The notes below the pieces were generated by a model, which was given only the letters and a program-made list of their open reading frames with translations, had not been told where the DNA came from and searched no databases. Shown one piece after another: positions 40,417-50,796 of a DNA stretch of 64,000 bases. A program made the position numbers and the translations under genes. Within the stretch, counting starts at the first letter, position 1. Each line of letters starts with the position of its first letter. Origin of the DNA: Candidatus Latescibacterota bacterium (GTDB lineage Bacteria; Latescibacterota; UBA2968; GCA-2709665); contig CAXXXF010000006.1 in assembly GCA_963667175.2 (NCBI GenBank), forward strand, positions 416,001 to 480,000. The letters run 5' to 3'.

Positions 40417-40690
40417 GGATGGACAGGATGGACAGGATGGACAGGATGAAAACCGAAAAACACGACAAAACCAACATCGAAAACTACGAAATACACGAAA
40501 AAGCGCGAAAAAAGCACGAGAAAAACCGAAAAACACGTCAAAGGCACAAGAAAACGAACATCAGAAACTACGAAACACGCGAAAAAACGAAAAACGACGA
40601 GACAGAAAAAATAGTGATCCGTGGATGAAATCAACTGCGGCAAGAGGCCTGCATGCAGCGCATGCCACTGCGCGGGCAGGCGCAAAACCG
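40417..40690. repeat. Repeat tract: (GGATGGACA)x3, A-rich CACGAAA-type units and the composite repeat
   Basis: Tandem 9-mer at 40417-40448; strongly strand-biased A/C tract; homology to 28111-28250. Confidence 0.8.
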
Positions 40691-40764
40691 AAATGTTGCA
40701 CTTCAGCCTGGCAATGCAACGATTTTCATCATTACAGACGCTCCAAAGGGGCCTGACAACTGTC

Positions 40765-42021
40765 TTAAAATCCCCCGGGAGTTCCCGGCCCCGAAAACGT
40801 GACGAGCCGGATACGATGATTGTACGTATCGGCAATGTAAAGGAGTCCGTTTGCCTCGTCGAACCCGACGCCGGCGGGCCGGTTCAAAGCGGCCGACGTG
40901 GCTGGGCCTCCGTCTCCGCTGAATCCCGCCTGTCCGTTCCCGGCTACCGTCTCGATGATCCCGGAAGCCAGGTCGATTGCCCGGATGCGGTGGTTCATCT
41001 CATCGGCGACGTACAGCCGCCCATCCGGGCCGAACTGAATATCGCGCGGGTTGTTCAGATTCGCTCGGGTGGCCGGACCGCCGTCGCCACCGAACCCCGC
41101 GTCGCCCGTGCCCGCCACGCTATCGATCCGGTCCCTCTCAAAGTCCACGCGCCGGATCCGCTGATTGAGCGTATCGGAAATATAGAGCTTTCCATCCGGT
41201 CCAAAGGCCAAACCACCCGCGGGCGGAGGACTGTTGCCCGCCGGGAAGTTCAATTGTGCCATCAGGGGAGGGCCGCCGTCGCCGCCGTATCCCGCCGCGC
41301 CCGTTCCCACCACTGTCCTGATGACGCTGTCGAGATCGATCTTACGCACCCGCAGGTTGCGCTGATCCAGAACATAGAGCGTATTGTCCGGCGCAAGCAC
41401 CGTCTGCGAAGGATAGCTCAGGAGCGCGTCCTCCGCGGGGCCGCCGTCGCCCGCAAACCCCGGTGCGTCTCCAAGGAATACCCGCACCCTGCCGCTGGCA
41501 GGATCGAAAAGCCGCAGCTTGTGGTTTCGCCAGGCCGTCAGCAGAAAGGCCCCGCCCGAGAGCTGAGCCAGGTGCGTCGGATGACTCAGGTTGACGGATC
41601 TCCCGGGCGCGCCCGGCGGGATCCGCTCGGACTGCGCGTAAGAACCGTCGCCCATGAAACCGCTGCCGATCGCGGTCTCCAGCGTGCTGTCGCCGATGGC
41701 CGCACGACGCACGCGATGATTGTTCCAGTCCAGAACGTACACCCGGCCTTCGGGCGTGACCATGACGTCCACAGGCCAGTAGAACGTGGACAGCAGATAC
41801 ACGTTGCCGTCTCCGTCCCAACCCGCATCGCCGGTGCCCGCCCAGGTGCAGATCGTTCCGGGCGTGTCCGAACACAGCGACGGCGGCGCAATGGGTTCTT
41901 CGTCGTCATCGGATTCGATCGGATTGTCGTCTCCACAGGCCGCCAGAAAACAGGCCAGCAACCCGACACAGAACCACAACATGCCCTGCCGAATTCTGTC
42001 CGTAATGAGATGCATCTTCAC
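40765..42021 (-). CDS. NHL-repeat beta-propeller lipoprotein
   Basis: LAAC lipobox; repeated AGTG.AG..GDGGPA..A.LN.P and LYIAD..NHRIR. Confidence 0.9.
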   Translation of the reverse strand: MKMHLITDRIRQGMLWFCVGLLACFLAACGDDNPIESDDDEEPIAPPSLCSDTPGTICTWAGTGDAGWDGDGNVYLLSTFYWPVDVMVTPEGRVYVLDWNNHRVRRAAIGDSTLETAIGSGFMGDGSYAQSERIPPGAPGRSVNLSHPTHLAQLSGGAFLLTAWRNHKLRLFDPASGRVRVFLGDAPGFAGDGGPAEDALLSYPSQTVLAPDNTLYVLDQRNLRVRKIDLDSVIRTVVGTGAAGYGGDGGPPLMAQLNFPAGNSPPPAGGLAFGPDGKLYISDTLNQRIRRVDFERDRIDSVAGTGDAGFGGDGGPATRANLNNPRDIQFGPDGRLYVADEMNHRIRAIDLASGIIETVAGNGQAGFSGDGGPATSAALNRPAGVGFDEANGLLYIADTYNHRIRLVTFSGPGTPGGF

Positions 42022-42109
42022 TTCACCTCACACCGACTCCCAACTGACCGGCCGGTTGAAGCCGGATGCCTCCTCTCCTCAAAAGCGCCGCTTGCGGCCG
42101 GGAGGACCA

Positions 42110-43252
42110 TCAGAAATCGCTCGCACAACGAAATCCGATCTGCTCATCCGTCGCAAACGGCGCATCGAACCACCGGGTGGTCGTGTCGGCCAGGTCCCGG
42201 AACTTCCATGAACCGCCCCGCATCACGCGGTTGAGTCCGATTTCCGGCCCTTTTGGATTGTCTTTTGGCGTATCACGATAATAATCGGGGTTGAACCAGT
42301 CCTCACACCACTCCCATGCGTTGCCGGACATATCGTGCACGCCGTACGGACTCGCGCCCTTCGGATGGCTGCCCACGTCCACCGTACGTCCCACGAGATC
42401 GGCGATATTCGCGTGTTCAGGGGTAGGCGTCGCCGTTCCCCATGGATAGGGTCGCTTGTCCGTGCCGCGTGCCGCCTTTTCCCATTCCGCTTCGGTAGGG
42501 AGGCGCATTCCCGCCCATTCGCAGTAGGCTTTGGCGCCAAACCAGGTCACGTTTGTCACGGCCCGGTTGGCGAGATAAAACGCCTTGAGCACGTACTCAT
42601 CCTTGATGGTGCGCCCCAGTTCCTCGCTTTCCTCATCATCGTCCCCCTGCCGTCCCGCCAATACGTCGATCGAAATCCTTATATCCGCCCTTCTCGATTC
42701 CAGATTGTAGAGCACGTTGCCATCCGGGTCCAGGTTCCGGTTCGCCGCGTTCCGGTATGCGATATCCTCGTCCGTCTGCCAGGGCGCCGTACGGCCCACG
42801 GTTTTGGTGTTCCGGTTTCTGTCATTCAGGAAGGCGATAAACTGGACGTTGTTCACCTCGTATTTGTCGATCCTGAACGCATCCAGATAGACGACGTGTT
42901 CGGGACCGTCGGGCGGCAGCCCGCCCCGATCGGTACCCATGACGAATTCCCCCGCGGGCACCTCAAGCAGGTCGTGCCTGAGTATCGGCGCCACGGGCCC
43001 GTCGACCACTTTCTGTCCGAAGAACGTTGCGAAGATTTCGAAGTCGGGCGCGTCCACCGTGCGGCTGCCGTCCAGATCGTAAATCGGGTCTTCCGATTGA
43101 AACGCCCGCGCAAAAAGGATAAAATCGGTCAGATCGATGGTTCCATTGCCGTCAAAGTCCACGTCTTCTATGGTGACCCGTTCCGCCCACACACGCGCCG
43201 GGCCTATCGCGAGCAGGAAAATCAGGCCAACGGAAATCAGTACACGCGCCAT
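42110..43252 (-). CDS. Secreted FGE/SUMF1-domain protein with N-terminal EF-hand/dockerin-like motif
   Basis: Signal peptide; DFDGNGTID / DLDGSRTVD; FVMG, RLPTEAEWEKAARG, DMSGNAWEW, RGGSW, GFRC. Confidence 0.9.
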   Translation of the reverse strand: MARVLISVGLIFLLAIGPARVWAERVTIEDVDFDGNGTIDLTDFILFARAFQSEDPIYDLDGSRTVDAPDFEIFATFFGQKVVDGPVAPILRHDLLEVPAGEFVMGTDRGGLPPDGPEHVVYLDAFRIDKYEVNNVQFIAFLNDRNRNTKTVGRTAPWQTDEDIAYRNAANRNLDPDGNVLYNLESRRADIRISIDVLAGRQGDDDEESEELGRTIKDEYVLKAFYLANRAVTNVTWFGAKAYCEWAGMRLPTEAEWEKAARGTDKRPYPWGTATPTPEHANIADLVGRTVDVGSHPKGASPYGVHDMSGNAWEWCEDWFNPDYYRDTPKDNPKGPEIGLNRVMRGGSWKFRDLADTTTRWFDAPFATDEQIGFRCASDF

Positions 43253-43381
43253 GTGCGAACTCTCCTTCTCCGGCGTTTTCCCCCCGATGACAGACGACTT
43301 CTCCGGCCTTTTCCGGCGCGCGCAACCGACCGTGCGCGGCCTCTTCGCATCGACACCCTTTGAAGACGGATCGGAGTCGTC

Positions 43382-46300
43382 TTACTTCTGCACCACGAAC
43401 GTGGTCTCCTTCGAAAAGGACTTGCCGCTGTTTAAATCCGTAACCTCCACCGTCAGGTAGTATTTTCCCGACCGCGCTTCCCCCAATTCCAGTTCCGTAT
43501 ACGCCACCTCCGAGTCCTGGAAGCCGAGTTGCTCATAACCCACCGCCACTTCCCTCTTGCTCGACCGTCCCCTGAGCGTTTGCGCCAGCGTGGACAATAC
43601 GCCGCCCGCCTTCGGTCCCATCGTGTACTCTACGCGGTACTGGGTCTGTCCGAATTCATCCTTCTTCAGGTTGTAAATCTCGTAATACACAAATACGTTC
43701 TGGCCCGTCCCGTAGGTTCGAGACGGCATCGGTACCACGTTCAACCCATGTTTTCCGAACTTGCCGGCATCCGTGGCGGCCTCGCTGACCCGGTATGCCA
43801 ACTCCAGGTCGCTCACGCGGAGACCTTCCCGATGGTAGGACTCCACGTCGACCTGCTGCCGGTATATTCCCAATCGGCCCGTCATCCGGTCCCGAGCCTT
43901 CACTTCCAGCCGGTACGCGCCCGGCGGCACTTCGAGCCTGACCACGTCAGGGAGGACAACCTCGGGACCCGTTCGATTGCCCGGCTGCTTGTAAAACACT
44001 TCCGCCGTCTTCCGGTAGACCTTGCCGGAAAGGGACGAGAGCAGCGCCAACTGCCGCCGGACCACCACCTGGGTGACGTTGTGTTCGGGAAGGTAATTCG
44101 GCGCCGTGCAAGGAATGCCGTAATAGATCTCCAGCACACTCTTGCCGTCTCGCCCTTTAAAGTCGGCCAGCGCATAATAGAAGTCGAACGGCGCTTCCGC
44201 GTATTCCGGCGTGAACGTATCCGGGGTGAGCGCAACCGCCTGCTTGAACACCTGTTCCGGCGAAAAACGTCGAAACCTCGAAACCTGTTCGACGTTCAAG
44301 TCGGGCGCGCTCGGCACCGGCGCAAAATCAAAGGCCCGGGAGTTGAACTCGTCGGTAAACGTAATCTCTATACCTCCGTCGATATCGAGATAGACCCACG
44401 ACTCCCAGGGCGTTGACCCGAGGTCGGCGCCGGCGCTGAGAACCGGACTGAAACCCGACCCCGCGAAGATTTCCGTGTTGACGTTGGAAGGGAGGGGTCG
44501 TGTAACCGTGCTCGCGAGTTCAGTCTGTCCGATATCTCCTCCCGCGCCGATCGTACCGGCGGTGCTGCGGCGCTCCGTGTTATTGCGGTCGGTGGACGAG
44601 CCCCCGTCCCGGCTTCCCGCCGACGTTGTCATCTGCCTCAGGTTCGAGTCCGCGCCATCCGGGTCTCCTCCCGTGAACGCGTCCCGCTCGCCCTCGATGC
44701 CCAGATCGGCCGCCGCGCTTTCGAAACCGAGAATATCGCGCTCCAAAGAGAAATTGCGGATGGGGAAGACGGGACCCATAAACGACGCGCCGATGGCCTC
44801 GGCGCCGTAGAGTTGCCTGGCCAGCCGCTCCTTCACGCGCAGCACGGGCAGATTCTGCCGGAAATTCACCTTTCGCGAGCTCGTCACGTGGTCCGGCTCG
44901 CCGAACCGGATGTACACCTCGCCGCGCCGGTCCCACGGTTCCTTACCCTTGGAAAATTCCAATTGGGCGTACCAGACTCTGCGGTAGTGTTCCAAGAGCC
45001 TTTCGTTTACAGGCGTGCCAATGTCGGGGTCGCGTACGCTCCAGAAACGCTCCAGATACGCCTCACGGTCGGCGCCCGCCGTATTTTCGTATTCCGCCAT
45101 CTCCTCCGGTAAGGCAATCAGACCGATATCGTAATAACGGGCGCGCCGCTCCGGTTCCAGCCGCGAAAGGTACGTGGAGAAAAACCCCATCGCCATATCG
45201 TATTTGTTGCGCTTCGCGCAGGCCTGAGCCAGGATCGGCATCAGTTCGATTGCGTCGGGGTATTCGTGGGTAAACGCCCGGACCTTTTCCAGAATCCGGT
45301 CGTAGTCCTTCACTTTCAGGTACGCGTGGCCCAGCCGTCTGCCCACTTTCCGGTCCGTCGGCCGCATGGCCAGATACCGGGTGTACCAGACAATGGCTTC
45401 CTCGTAATCCTCCATGAAATTGGCGTACCAATCTCCCATCAGCAGATAGGCGTCGGCGTACTCCGGGTCCGTCTTCAGGACGCGGTCCAACTCCGGCTTC
45501 ACGTCGTGCTCATTGAGCATATATCGCACGAGCGCGATCTTATATTGGGCATCCACGAAGTCCCGATCGCGCATCAAGGCCTTTCTGAAATAGCTGATGG
45601 CCTGGTAGCGCTCGTTGTGGAGTTCCATCAGCACGAGGCCGAGACCGTAGTAGGGTTCCGGATCGTCGCCTGTCAGCGAGGCCGCCTTCCTGAATGCCCA
45701 TTTTGCGCCCCTGTAGTATTTGTCTTCGAGGAACGCGTACCCCAGTTTCAGATGTGCGTCTTTGTCCCGGGGGCGCTGGTGGGCAACCACGCGGAGCGGA
45801 AAGATCGCCTCGTCCACGTCATGCCTGTCGAGCCGCGCCACGCCCAGGTCGTAGAGTGAATCGACCCCGGCGCGCGGCAGATTGCGCGACGCCACCGCGT
45901 ATCCACCGGGACCTCCAAGGAGGGTCTGCACCCGACCCCGGTGCCAGTAACAGGTCAGTACGGGACCGCCGGCGCGAACGTTCGGACGGAAAAAATATCC
46001 GACTTCAGGCATATGCGGTTCGTCGGTTGCCGGACATTGGAAGAGATGCCTGAGCTGCGCGAGGTCCCGCGCTCTTGCGGACGCGTCCGGCTGTCGCTTT
46101 TCCAACTCAGCGGACGCCCACGACAGGAGTCCGCTCAACTCTGCAGATTTTTCTTCGCCACGCGCGGCGTTGAACTCGGACATCAGATCGCCTACCACCA
46201 GCAGGCGTTCCGAGCAGACCGCTTCCTTCAATACTTCGTCGTTCTTGATGCGGCGTCGAATCCCATCGATGTAACTCTGACAGCTTCCACGCGACAGACC

Positions 46301-47131
46301 CATCGGCGCATACGCCGCTCGAAGTTCCTTGAAACCTCTCACGGCCTCCCGGTAGGCATCCCTGGCGCTTCGGTACTCGCCCCGATGCATGGCGTGGTGA
46401 CCCCGCACCCACCAGTTCAACGCCTGGTGAACCATCAGCATGGCGGCGTCGATTTCCGATTCCTGCGCCAGTTGCGGAGGGCTGCCGCCACTGGCATTGT
46501 CCGGACCGGCCCACGCCGGCACGCTGCCGCCGTTCATTCCGATAAAGGAAACCTTTCCGTCGACCACAGCGGTCACGGCGTCCGCGGCTGCGGACCACGC
46601 CAACGGGCCTCGCACGCGTCCGGCCGCGAGCAACGTGCCTCGTCCGAATGCATCGACGGTCCACAATCCGCGGCGGTCCGTTACGGCCAGCCGGCTTCCG
46701 TCGGGCGAAACGGCCATATCGACGGGATCCATTCCCTCAGGCAATCGCCAGAGAGACTCCCCGGATGCATCTATCCGCCAGATGCGGTTGCGGATCAGGG
46801 CCAGGCGCCGCTGTTTTCGGGTGTCGGACGTCAGCCTCCCCAGGGGCGTCGTGCCGAACGCAACGTGATCCAGCCCCCGCTCCAGGTAAACCAGTCCACC
46901 GCCGGGCAGGCAGCCCACGTCACCAGGCGGGCCCAGGAAGATTCCCACCCTGGTGGGCGGCGTCCCGTCTGTTCGCCCCTCCCAGACCTGGGTAAACAGG
47001 ACCATCGGCTTCCCGGAGGGCGCCAGCCACACCACTCGCTCACCGTCAGGCGAGGACGTCGCGGACGGCACGGATTGAGCCCGGGTCGCAAGCCCCAGCA
47101 GGGCGACTGCGACAGTGAGAAATCTCAACAA
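43382..47131 (-). CDS. Large GWxTD-domain protein with TPRs
   Basis: Signal peptide, TPR array, FWSVRDPD..TPVNE...EHYRRV.YA...F...WDRRGEVYIRFGEPD, C-terminal beta-sandwiches. Confidence 0.85.
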   Translation of the reverse strand: MLRFLTVAVALLGLATRAQSVPSATSSPDGERVVWLAPSGKPMVLFTQVWEGRTDGTPPTRVGIFLGPPGDVGCLPGGGLVYLERGLDHVAFGTTPLGRLTSDTRKQRRLALIRNRIWRIDASGESLWRLPEGMDPVDMAVSPDGSRLAVTDRRGLWTVDAFGRGTLLAAGRVRGPLAWSAAADAVTAVVDGKVSFIGMNGGSVPAWAGPDNASGGSPPQLAQESEIDAAMLMVHQALNWWVRGHHAMHRGEYRSARDAYREAVRGFKELRAAYAPMGLSRGSCQSYIDGIRRRIKNDEVLKEAVCSERLLVVGDLMSEFNAARGEEKSAELSGLLSWASAELEKRQPDASARARDLAQLRHLFQCPATDEPHMPEVGYFFRPNVRAGGPVLTCYWHRGRVQTLLGGPGGYAVASRNLPRAGVDSLYDLGVARLDRHDVDEAIFPLRVVAHQRPRDKDAHLKLGYAFLEDKYYRGAKWAFRKAASLTGDDPEPYYGLGLVLMELHNERYQAISYFRKALMRDRDFVDAQYKIALVRYMLNEHDVKPELDRVLKTDPEYADAYLLMGDWYANFMEDYEEAIVWYTRYLAMRPTDRKVGRRLGHAYLKVKDYDRILEKVRAFTHEYPDAIELMPILAQACAKRNKYDMAMGFFSTYLSRLEPERRARYYDIGLIALPEEMAEYENTAGADREAYLERFWSVRDPDIGTPVNERLLEHYRRVWYAQLEFSKGKEPWDRRGEVYIRFGEPDHVTSSRKVNFRQNLPVLRVKERLARQLYGAEAIGASFMGPVFPIRNFSLERDILGFESAAADLGIEGERDAFTGGDPDGADSNLRQMTTSAGSRDGGSSTDRNNTERRSTAGTIGAGGDIGQTELASTVTRPLPSNVNTEIFAGSGFSPVLSAGADLGSTPWESWVYLDIDGGIEITFTDEFNSRAFDFAPVPSAPDLNVEQVSRFRRFSPEQVFKQAVALTPDTFTPEYAEAPFDFYYALADFKGRDGKSVLEIYYGIPCTAPNYLPEHNVTQVVVRRQLALLSSLSGKVYRKTAEVFYKQPGNRTGPEVVLPDVVRLEVPPGAYRLEVKARDRMTGRLGIYRQQVDVESYHREGLRVSDLELAYRVSEAATDAGKFGKHGLNVVPMPSRTYGTGQNVFVYYEIYNLKKDEFGQTQYRVEYTMGPKAGGVLSTLAQTLRGRSSKREVAVGYEQLGFQDSEVAYTELELGEARSGKYYLTVEVTDLNSGKSFSKETTFVVQK

Positions 47132-47199
47132 GCGCTCCTCCGGACCTCACAACTGGCAGAGAAGGACACGCGACGAGCAATGCCTACAAGATAAGAAAC

Positions 47200-48429
47200 T
47201 TACCCGCCTTTAAACAACCCTTCTATCGCGATGACTTCCAACGCCTCGCCCATCGCACGGACGGCCTGGTCGATATCCGCCTCCGTGTGCGAATAGTTCG
47301 TATAGCAGACCGAATAGACGATGATCCCTCGCTTCAGTACTTCCTCGTTGAACCTGAGAAACAGCCGGCCCGCATCGGGATGGTCGAACACCAGTTGACC
47401 GACGGGGGGCGCCCCCACGAAGCTCACCGGCAGCCCCAATCTCTCGCTGCAGGCATTGAAGCCTTCGTGAAGCTGTTCGCCGCGATTCCACAACGTGCCG
47501 ATCACGTCCTCACGTTCATAGACGTCCAGCACGGCGCGCGCCGCGGCCAGTCCAAGGGTGTCCCCTCCGAACGTGGACGACACCACGCAATCCTTCACCG
47601 TCTCCATCACCGCCGCATGTCCCACAAAGCAGGAGAGCGGCACGCCGTTCGACAACCCCTTGGCAAACACCGCCAGGTCGGGAACCACCCCGAAGTACTC
47701 CTGCGCGCCAGCGCGCCGCAGGCGGAACCCCGTGACGATCTCGTCGAAAATGAGGACGGCCCCGCGCTGTTCGGTCAACTTCCGCAATTCCTTCAGAAAC
47801 GAACGCCCCTGTTCAACTTCCGCGTACGCGCAGGCCACGCTGACGGCCGCAATCTCATCCGGCGCGGCCTCGAATGCCGCCGCATACGGACCGATTTCGC
47901 CCCACGGCAACGCCATGTACGTCTTTCGAGTTGCCTCCGGCACCCCGCCGCGAGCCATTGTATTGACCCAGCCGTGATATCCGCAGGTCAGGATGAGTTC
48001 CCGTTCCGTAAACGCCCTCGAGAGGCGGTGGGCGGCCGCCATCGCCTCGCCGCCCGTTTTCAGGAATCGGACCCGTTCCGCGCACGGCAATCCCTCGACC
48101 AGCCGCTGTGCGACTTCGACCTCCAGCGGGTGGGGATAGCTGAACACGATCCCACTCTCCAGTTGCGCTTTGACGGCCTCATCCACCGCAGGGAAACGGT
48201 AGCCCAGGGTGATCGGTCCCAGTCCGTTCCTGAAATCGATGTATTCATTGCCGTCGGCGTCCCACACCCGGCATCCGTCACCCCGAACCAGGTAGCAAGG
48301 CTCCACGCCCCGCAACGCCTCTCGCGGAGCCTTGGAATGGGTCTGTGTGCCCAGCGGGATCACCTGCTGCGCCAGGTCATACAGCTCCCACGAGCGCGCA
48401 ACCGATCGCCCGACCTCCGTTGTCATCAT
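47200..48429 (-). CDS. Class III PLP aminotransferase (GSA-aminomutase-like)
   Basis: WDADGNEYID, KTGGEA, GYHGW, FDEIVTGFR, FAK(PLP)GLSNG, SSTFGG. Confidence 0.92.
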   Translation of the reverse strand: MMTTEVGRSVARSWELYDLAQQVIPLGTQTHSKAPREALRGVEPCYLVRGDGCRVWDADGNEYIDFRNGLGPITLGYRFPAVDEAVKAQLESGIVFSYPHPLEVEVAQRLVEGLPCAERVRFLKTGGEAMAAAHRLSRAFTERELILTCGYHGWVNTMARGGVPEATRKTYMALPWGEIGPYAAAFEAAPDEIAAVSVACAYAEVEQGRSFLKELRKLTEQRGAVLIFDEIVTGFRLRRAGAQEYFGVVPDLAVFAKGLSNGVPLSCFVGHAAVMETVKDCVVSSTFGGDTLGLAAARAVLDVYEREDVIGTLWNRGEQLHEGFNACSERLGLPVSFVGAPPVGQLVFDHPDAGRLFLRFNEEVLKRGIIVYSVCYTNYSHTEADIDQAVRAMGEALEVIAIEGLFKGG

Positions 48430-48508
48430 CCACCTCCTGAGGAATCCTGTATAGAGGCCTCGATCGAGAGCGGGGTCCAACTTCCGCCGGGCGCCCGCAG
48501 CCAGCGGA

Positions 48509-50485
48509 TCAATACCCGTGGATCGAATGCCCGCCGCCCGGAAACCAGACCATATCCACAATCAACGAAACCCCCACGCCCGTGGAATAACCGACCAGAA
48601 CGCCGAGGAAAAACGGCACGTAGCGACGGTAGAGCGCGGCCCCGCCGATTCGCAATATGAGGAATTTGATGGCCCATGCCAGAAAGACCGAAAACACTGT
48701 ATATCGTACAGACGTTCCCGTTCCGGCGAGCGCGAATCCGACGGGGTGGAACGGCCACCACGGAAACCGGTACTTCAGAAACGTCAACAACGACATCACG
48801 CCCGCGCCGATGCCGAACAGACTCAGCTGCAGACGATGGGGCGGCTCCGGGTTGTTCATCTGGGTCAACACGCCGGCGAAGCCGGATTTGCTGTAGCGGG
48901 CGAACGGATAGTCGTTGAAATTGAAGGCCCCGTACGTGTAACCGAGGTACAACGTGAACAGAATCGAAAACACACATCCCACACCGAATGCCAACAGCAC
49001 CGCCGCAAGCACACGCCGCCGCCCGCTTACCGGACAGACGTCCGCCAGTTTGGCGCCGTGAATGACCGACGGCATAAACAGGCCCTTGCCGTAGGACGCA
49101 ATGCCATTCGTGAATCCCAACGTTGTCAGGCTGGAACCCGACAGATTCCGAGACCCGAACAGCGACGTAACGAACCGCTGCGGACCCACCGGCATGCTGA
49201 TGAATACCAGTCCCACGTCTGACACGATGCGCGCAACGCCCAGATACAGGACGAATGCCGCCAGAACGAACGCACACGCCAGAACCAGACTCATCCCCGC
49301 CTGCCACCACCAGAAAACGGCGAACAGAACGCACGCAGCCAGCCCGAACACCGCCGTTCGGAATGACATCATTTCGTCTTTTTCGTCGAGCGGCGCTACC
49401 CTCCCGAGCGCTTTCATGAAGACCAGCCTCAAGTGGTTCCGAGAGGTCCAGAATCCCCAACCCACCATCGCGAAAAACGCGCCAAGCGGCAGCCACTGAA
49501 AATCGGCGGAGGCGTGGGACCACGAACTGGCGTTGTAACCCAGCCGGTTCAGGATTCCGCTACGAATGATGAACAGAAGATCGAAAAACCAGAGGCTGAA
49601 CAGGACGTCGATATTCGCAAAATAGCAGAAGGAGATCGTGAACATGTTGATCCTGGTCCACAATCCCGGGAAATACCGTTCGAACTTGATCCACGGTCCC
49701 CAGCGTATATTGGGAACCTGAGGGAATCCCGGTATGAAATAGTTGATCATATTCCACGCCAGGATGCCGAAAGCGACCGCGAAGCCAATCCAGAAGAGCC
49801 GTGGGAACGCCAATGACCGGGCGCGTTCCGTAAGGTCCGTGACCGGGCGCAGAATCGGAAACGAAATGCGTTCGCTTTCCACCCACTGCTTTCGCAGGAT
49901 CACCGCGAGGCAGACGGAACCGAAGAAAAGAGCGGAAATCAGCCCCATCCAGCAAGCCACCGGAACGAACCAGGCATTCCAGGGAATGGCATCGCCGGGC
50001 GGCAGTCCTTCAAACAGGTGATTGAGCGTGCCGTTCGTATTTCTTGGCGCGAGCCAGTGCGGAATATAGGGATGGAAGAACTCTCCCCACTGGTTCTCCG
50101 GCGTCGCGAAGTAGAAGGGCGCCGCGATCGCCCCCAGGAAATACCCCGTCAGGCCCACGGACGGAATCGCGCCGCCGACCAGACCGCCCGCGAGCACGAC
50201 CAGGAGTTCCGTCGACGATAGCGCGTACCGACGCGAAAGGACCCGGCACAGCGGGTTCAGTCCCAGGGCAAGCAGGAGGTAGGGCAGCAGCGTACCCATC
50301 GGAAAATGACTCAACGTCATACGCGACGCGTGGACGACGTACTCCACGTAATTCACGACGACGTTCACCCCGACGGCCAATACTCCCGCCAGCAGTACGC
50401 TGCGCAGCGTCACCGACTGCCTGTCACGTCCACCCTCGACGTCGGTCGATACGGCAACGGCGGATGCTTCTGCCATCGTACCCAT
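48509..50485 (-). CDS. Polytopic membrane protein (DUF6785/DUF6784-like putative transporter)
   Basis: Many TM helices; RKQWVESERISFP, ARIVSDVG, WWPFHPVG, PFFLG. Confidence 0.75.
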   Translation of the reverse strand: MGTMAEASAVAVSTDVEGGRDRQSVTLRSVLLAGVLAVGVNVVVNYVEYVVHASRMTLSHFPMGTLLPYLLLALGLNPLCRVLSRRYALSSTELLVVLAGGLVGGAIPSVGLTGYFLGAIAAPFYFATPENQWGEFFHPYIPHWLAPRNTNGTLNHLFEGLPPGDAIPWNAWFVPVACWMGLISALFFGSVCLAVILRKQWVESERISFPILRPVTDLTERARSLAFPRLFWIGFAVAFGILAWNMINYFIPGFPQVPNIRWGPWIKFERYFPGLWTRINMFTISFCYFANIDVLFSLWFFDLLFIIRSGILNRLGYNASSWSHASADFQWLPLGAFFAMVGWGFWTSRNHLRLVFMKALGRVAPLDEKDEMMSFRTAVFGLAACVLFAVFWWWQAGMSLVLACAFVLAAFVLYLGVARIVSDVGLVFISMPVGPQRFVTSLFGSRNLSGSSLTTLGFTNGIASYGKGLFMPSVIHGAKLADVCPVSGRRRVLAAVLLAFGVGCVFSILFTLYLGYTYGAFNFNDYPFARYSKSGFAGVLTQMNNPEPPHRLQLSLFGIGAGVMSLLTFLKYRFPWWPFHPVGFALAGTGTSVRYTVFSVFLAWAIKFLILRIGGAALYRRYVPFFLGVLVGYSTGVGVSLIVDMVWFPGGGHSIHGY

Positions 50486-50734
50486 CCTTGCGTCTTGTGA
50501 TACCCACTGTAGCGAGCCGCCGGTTCACCCCGGATTCAGGACGAATGAGATCGGGGTCAGCGATTCTCACGCCCGGCCCGAGGCGTACTATCGGACACAG
50601 CAATATACAAAACGAACGTAACAAACACAAAAAAACGGGCTTCAGCGATTGAGCCCGGTACGTGAAACGTCGCCATCGAATCTGAATCCCCACGGGGAAT
50701 GGCTGTCCTCGTGGGAACGGTATTTGCTTTAAAA

Positions 50735-50763
50735 TTGACTCAGGGGCGATCGTTGTTTACTTT
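50735..50763 (+). promoter_or_regulatory. Sigma70 promoter of the DUF4160/DUF2442 pair
   Basis: TTGACT, 17 nt, TACTTT. Confidence 0.6.
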
Positions 50764-50796
50764 AATTCAACGGACGCAGGCGGAGCGAATTCCAAA

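Noticed and set aside
40417-40690. Possible CRISPR array
   Set aside because: Units are short, degenerate and lack unique regular spacers; no cas genes.
42110-43252. Sulfatase-maturating enzyme
   Set aside because: Catalytic cysteines after RGGS are absent.
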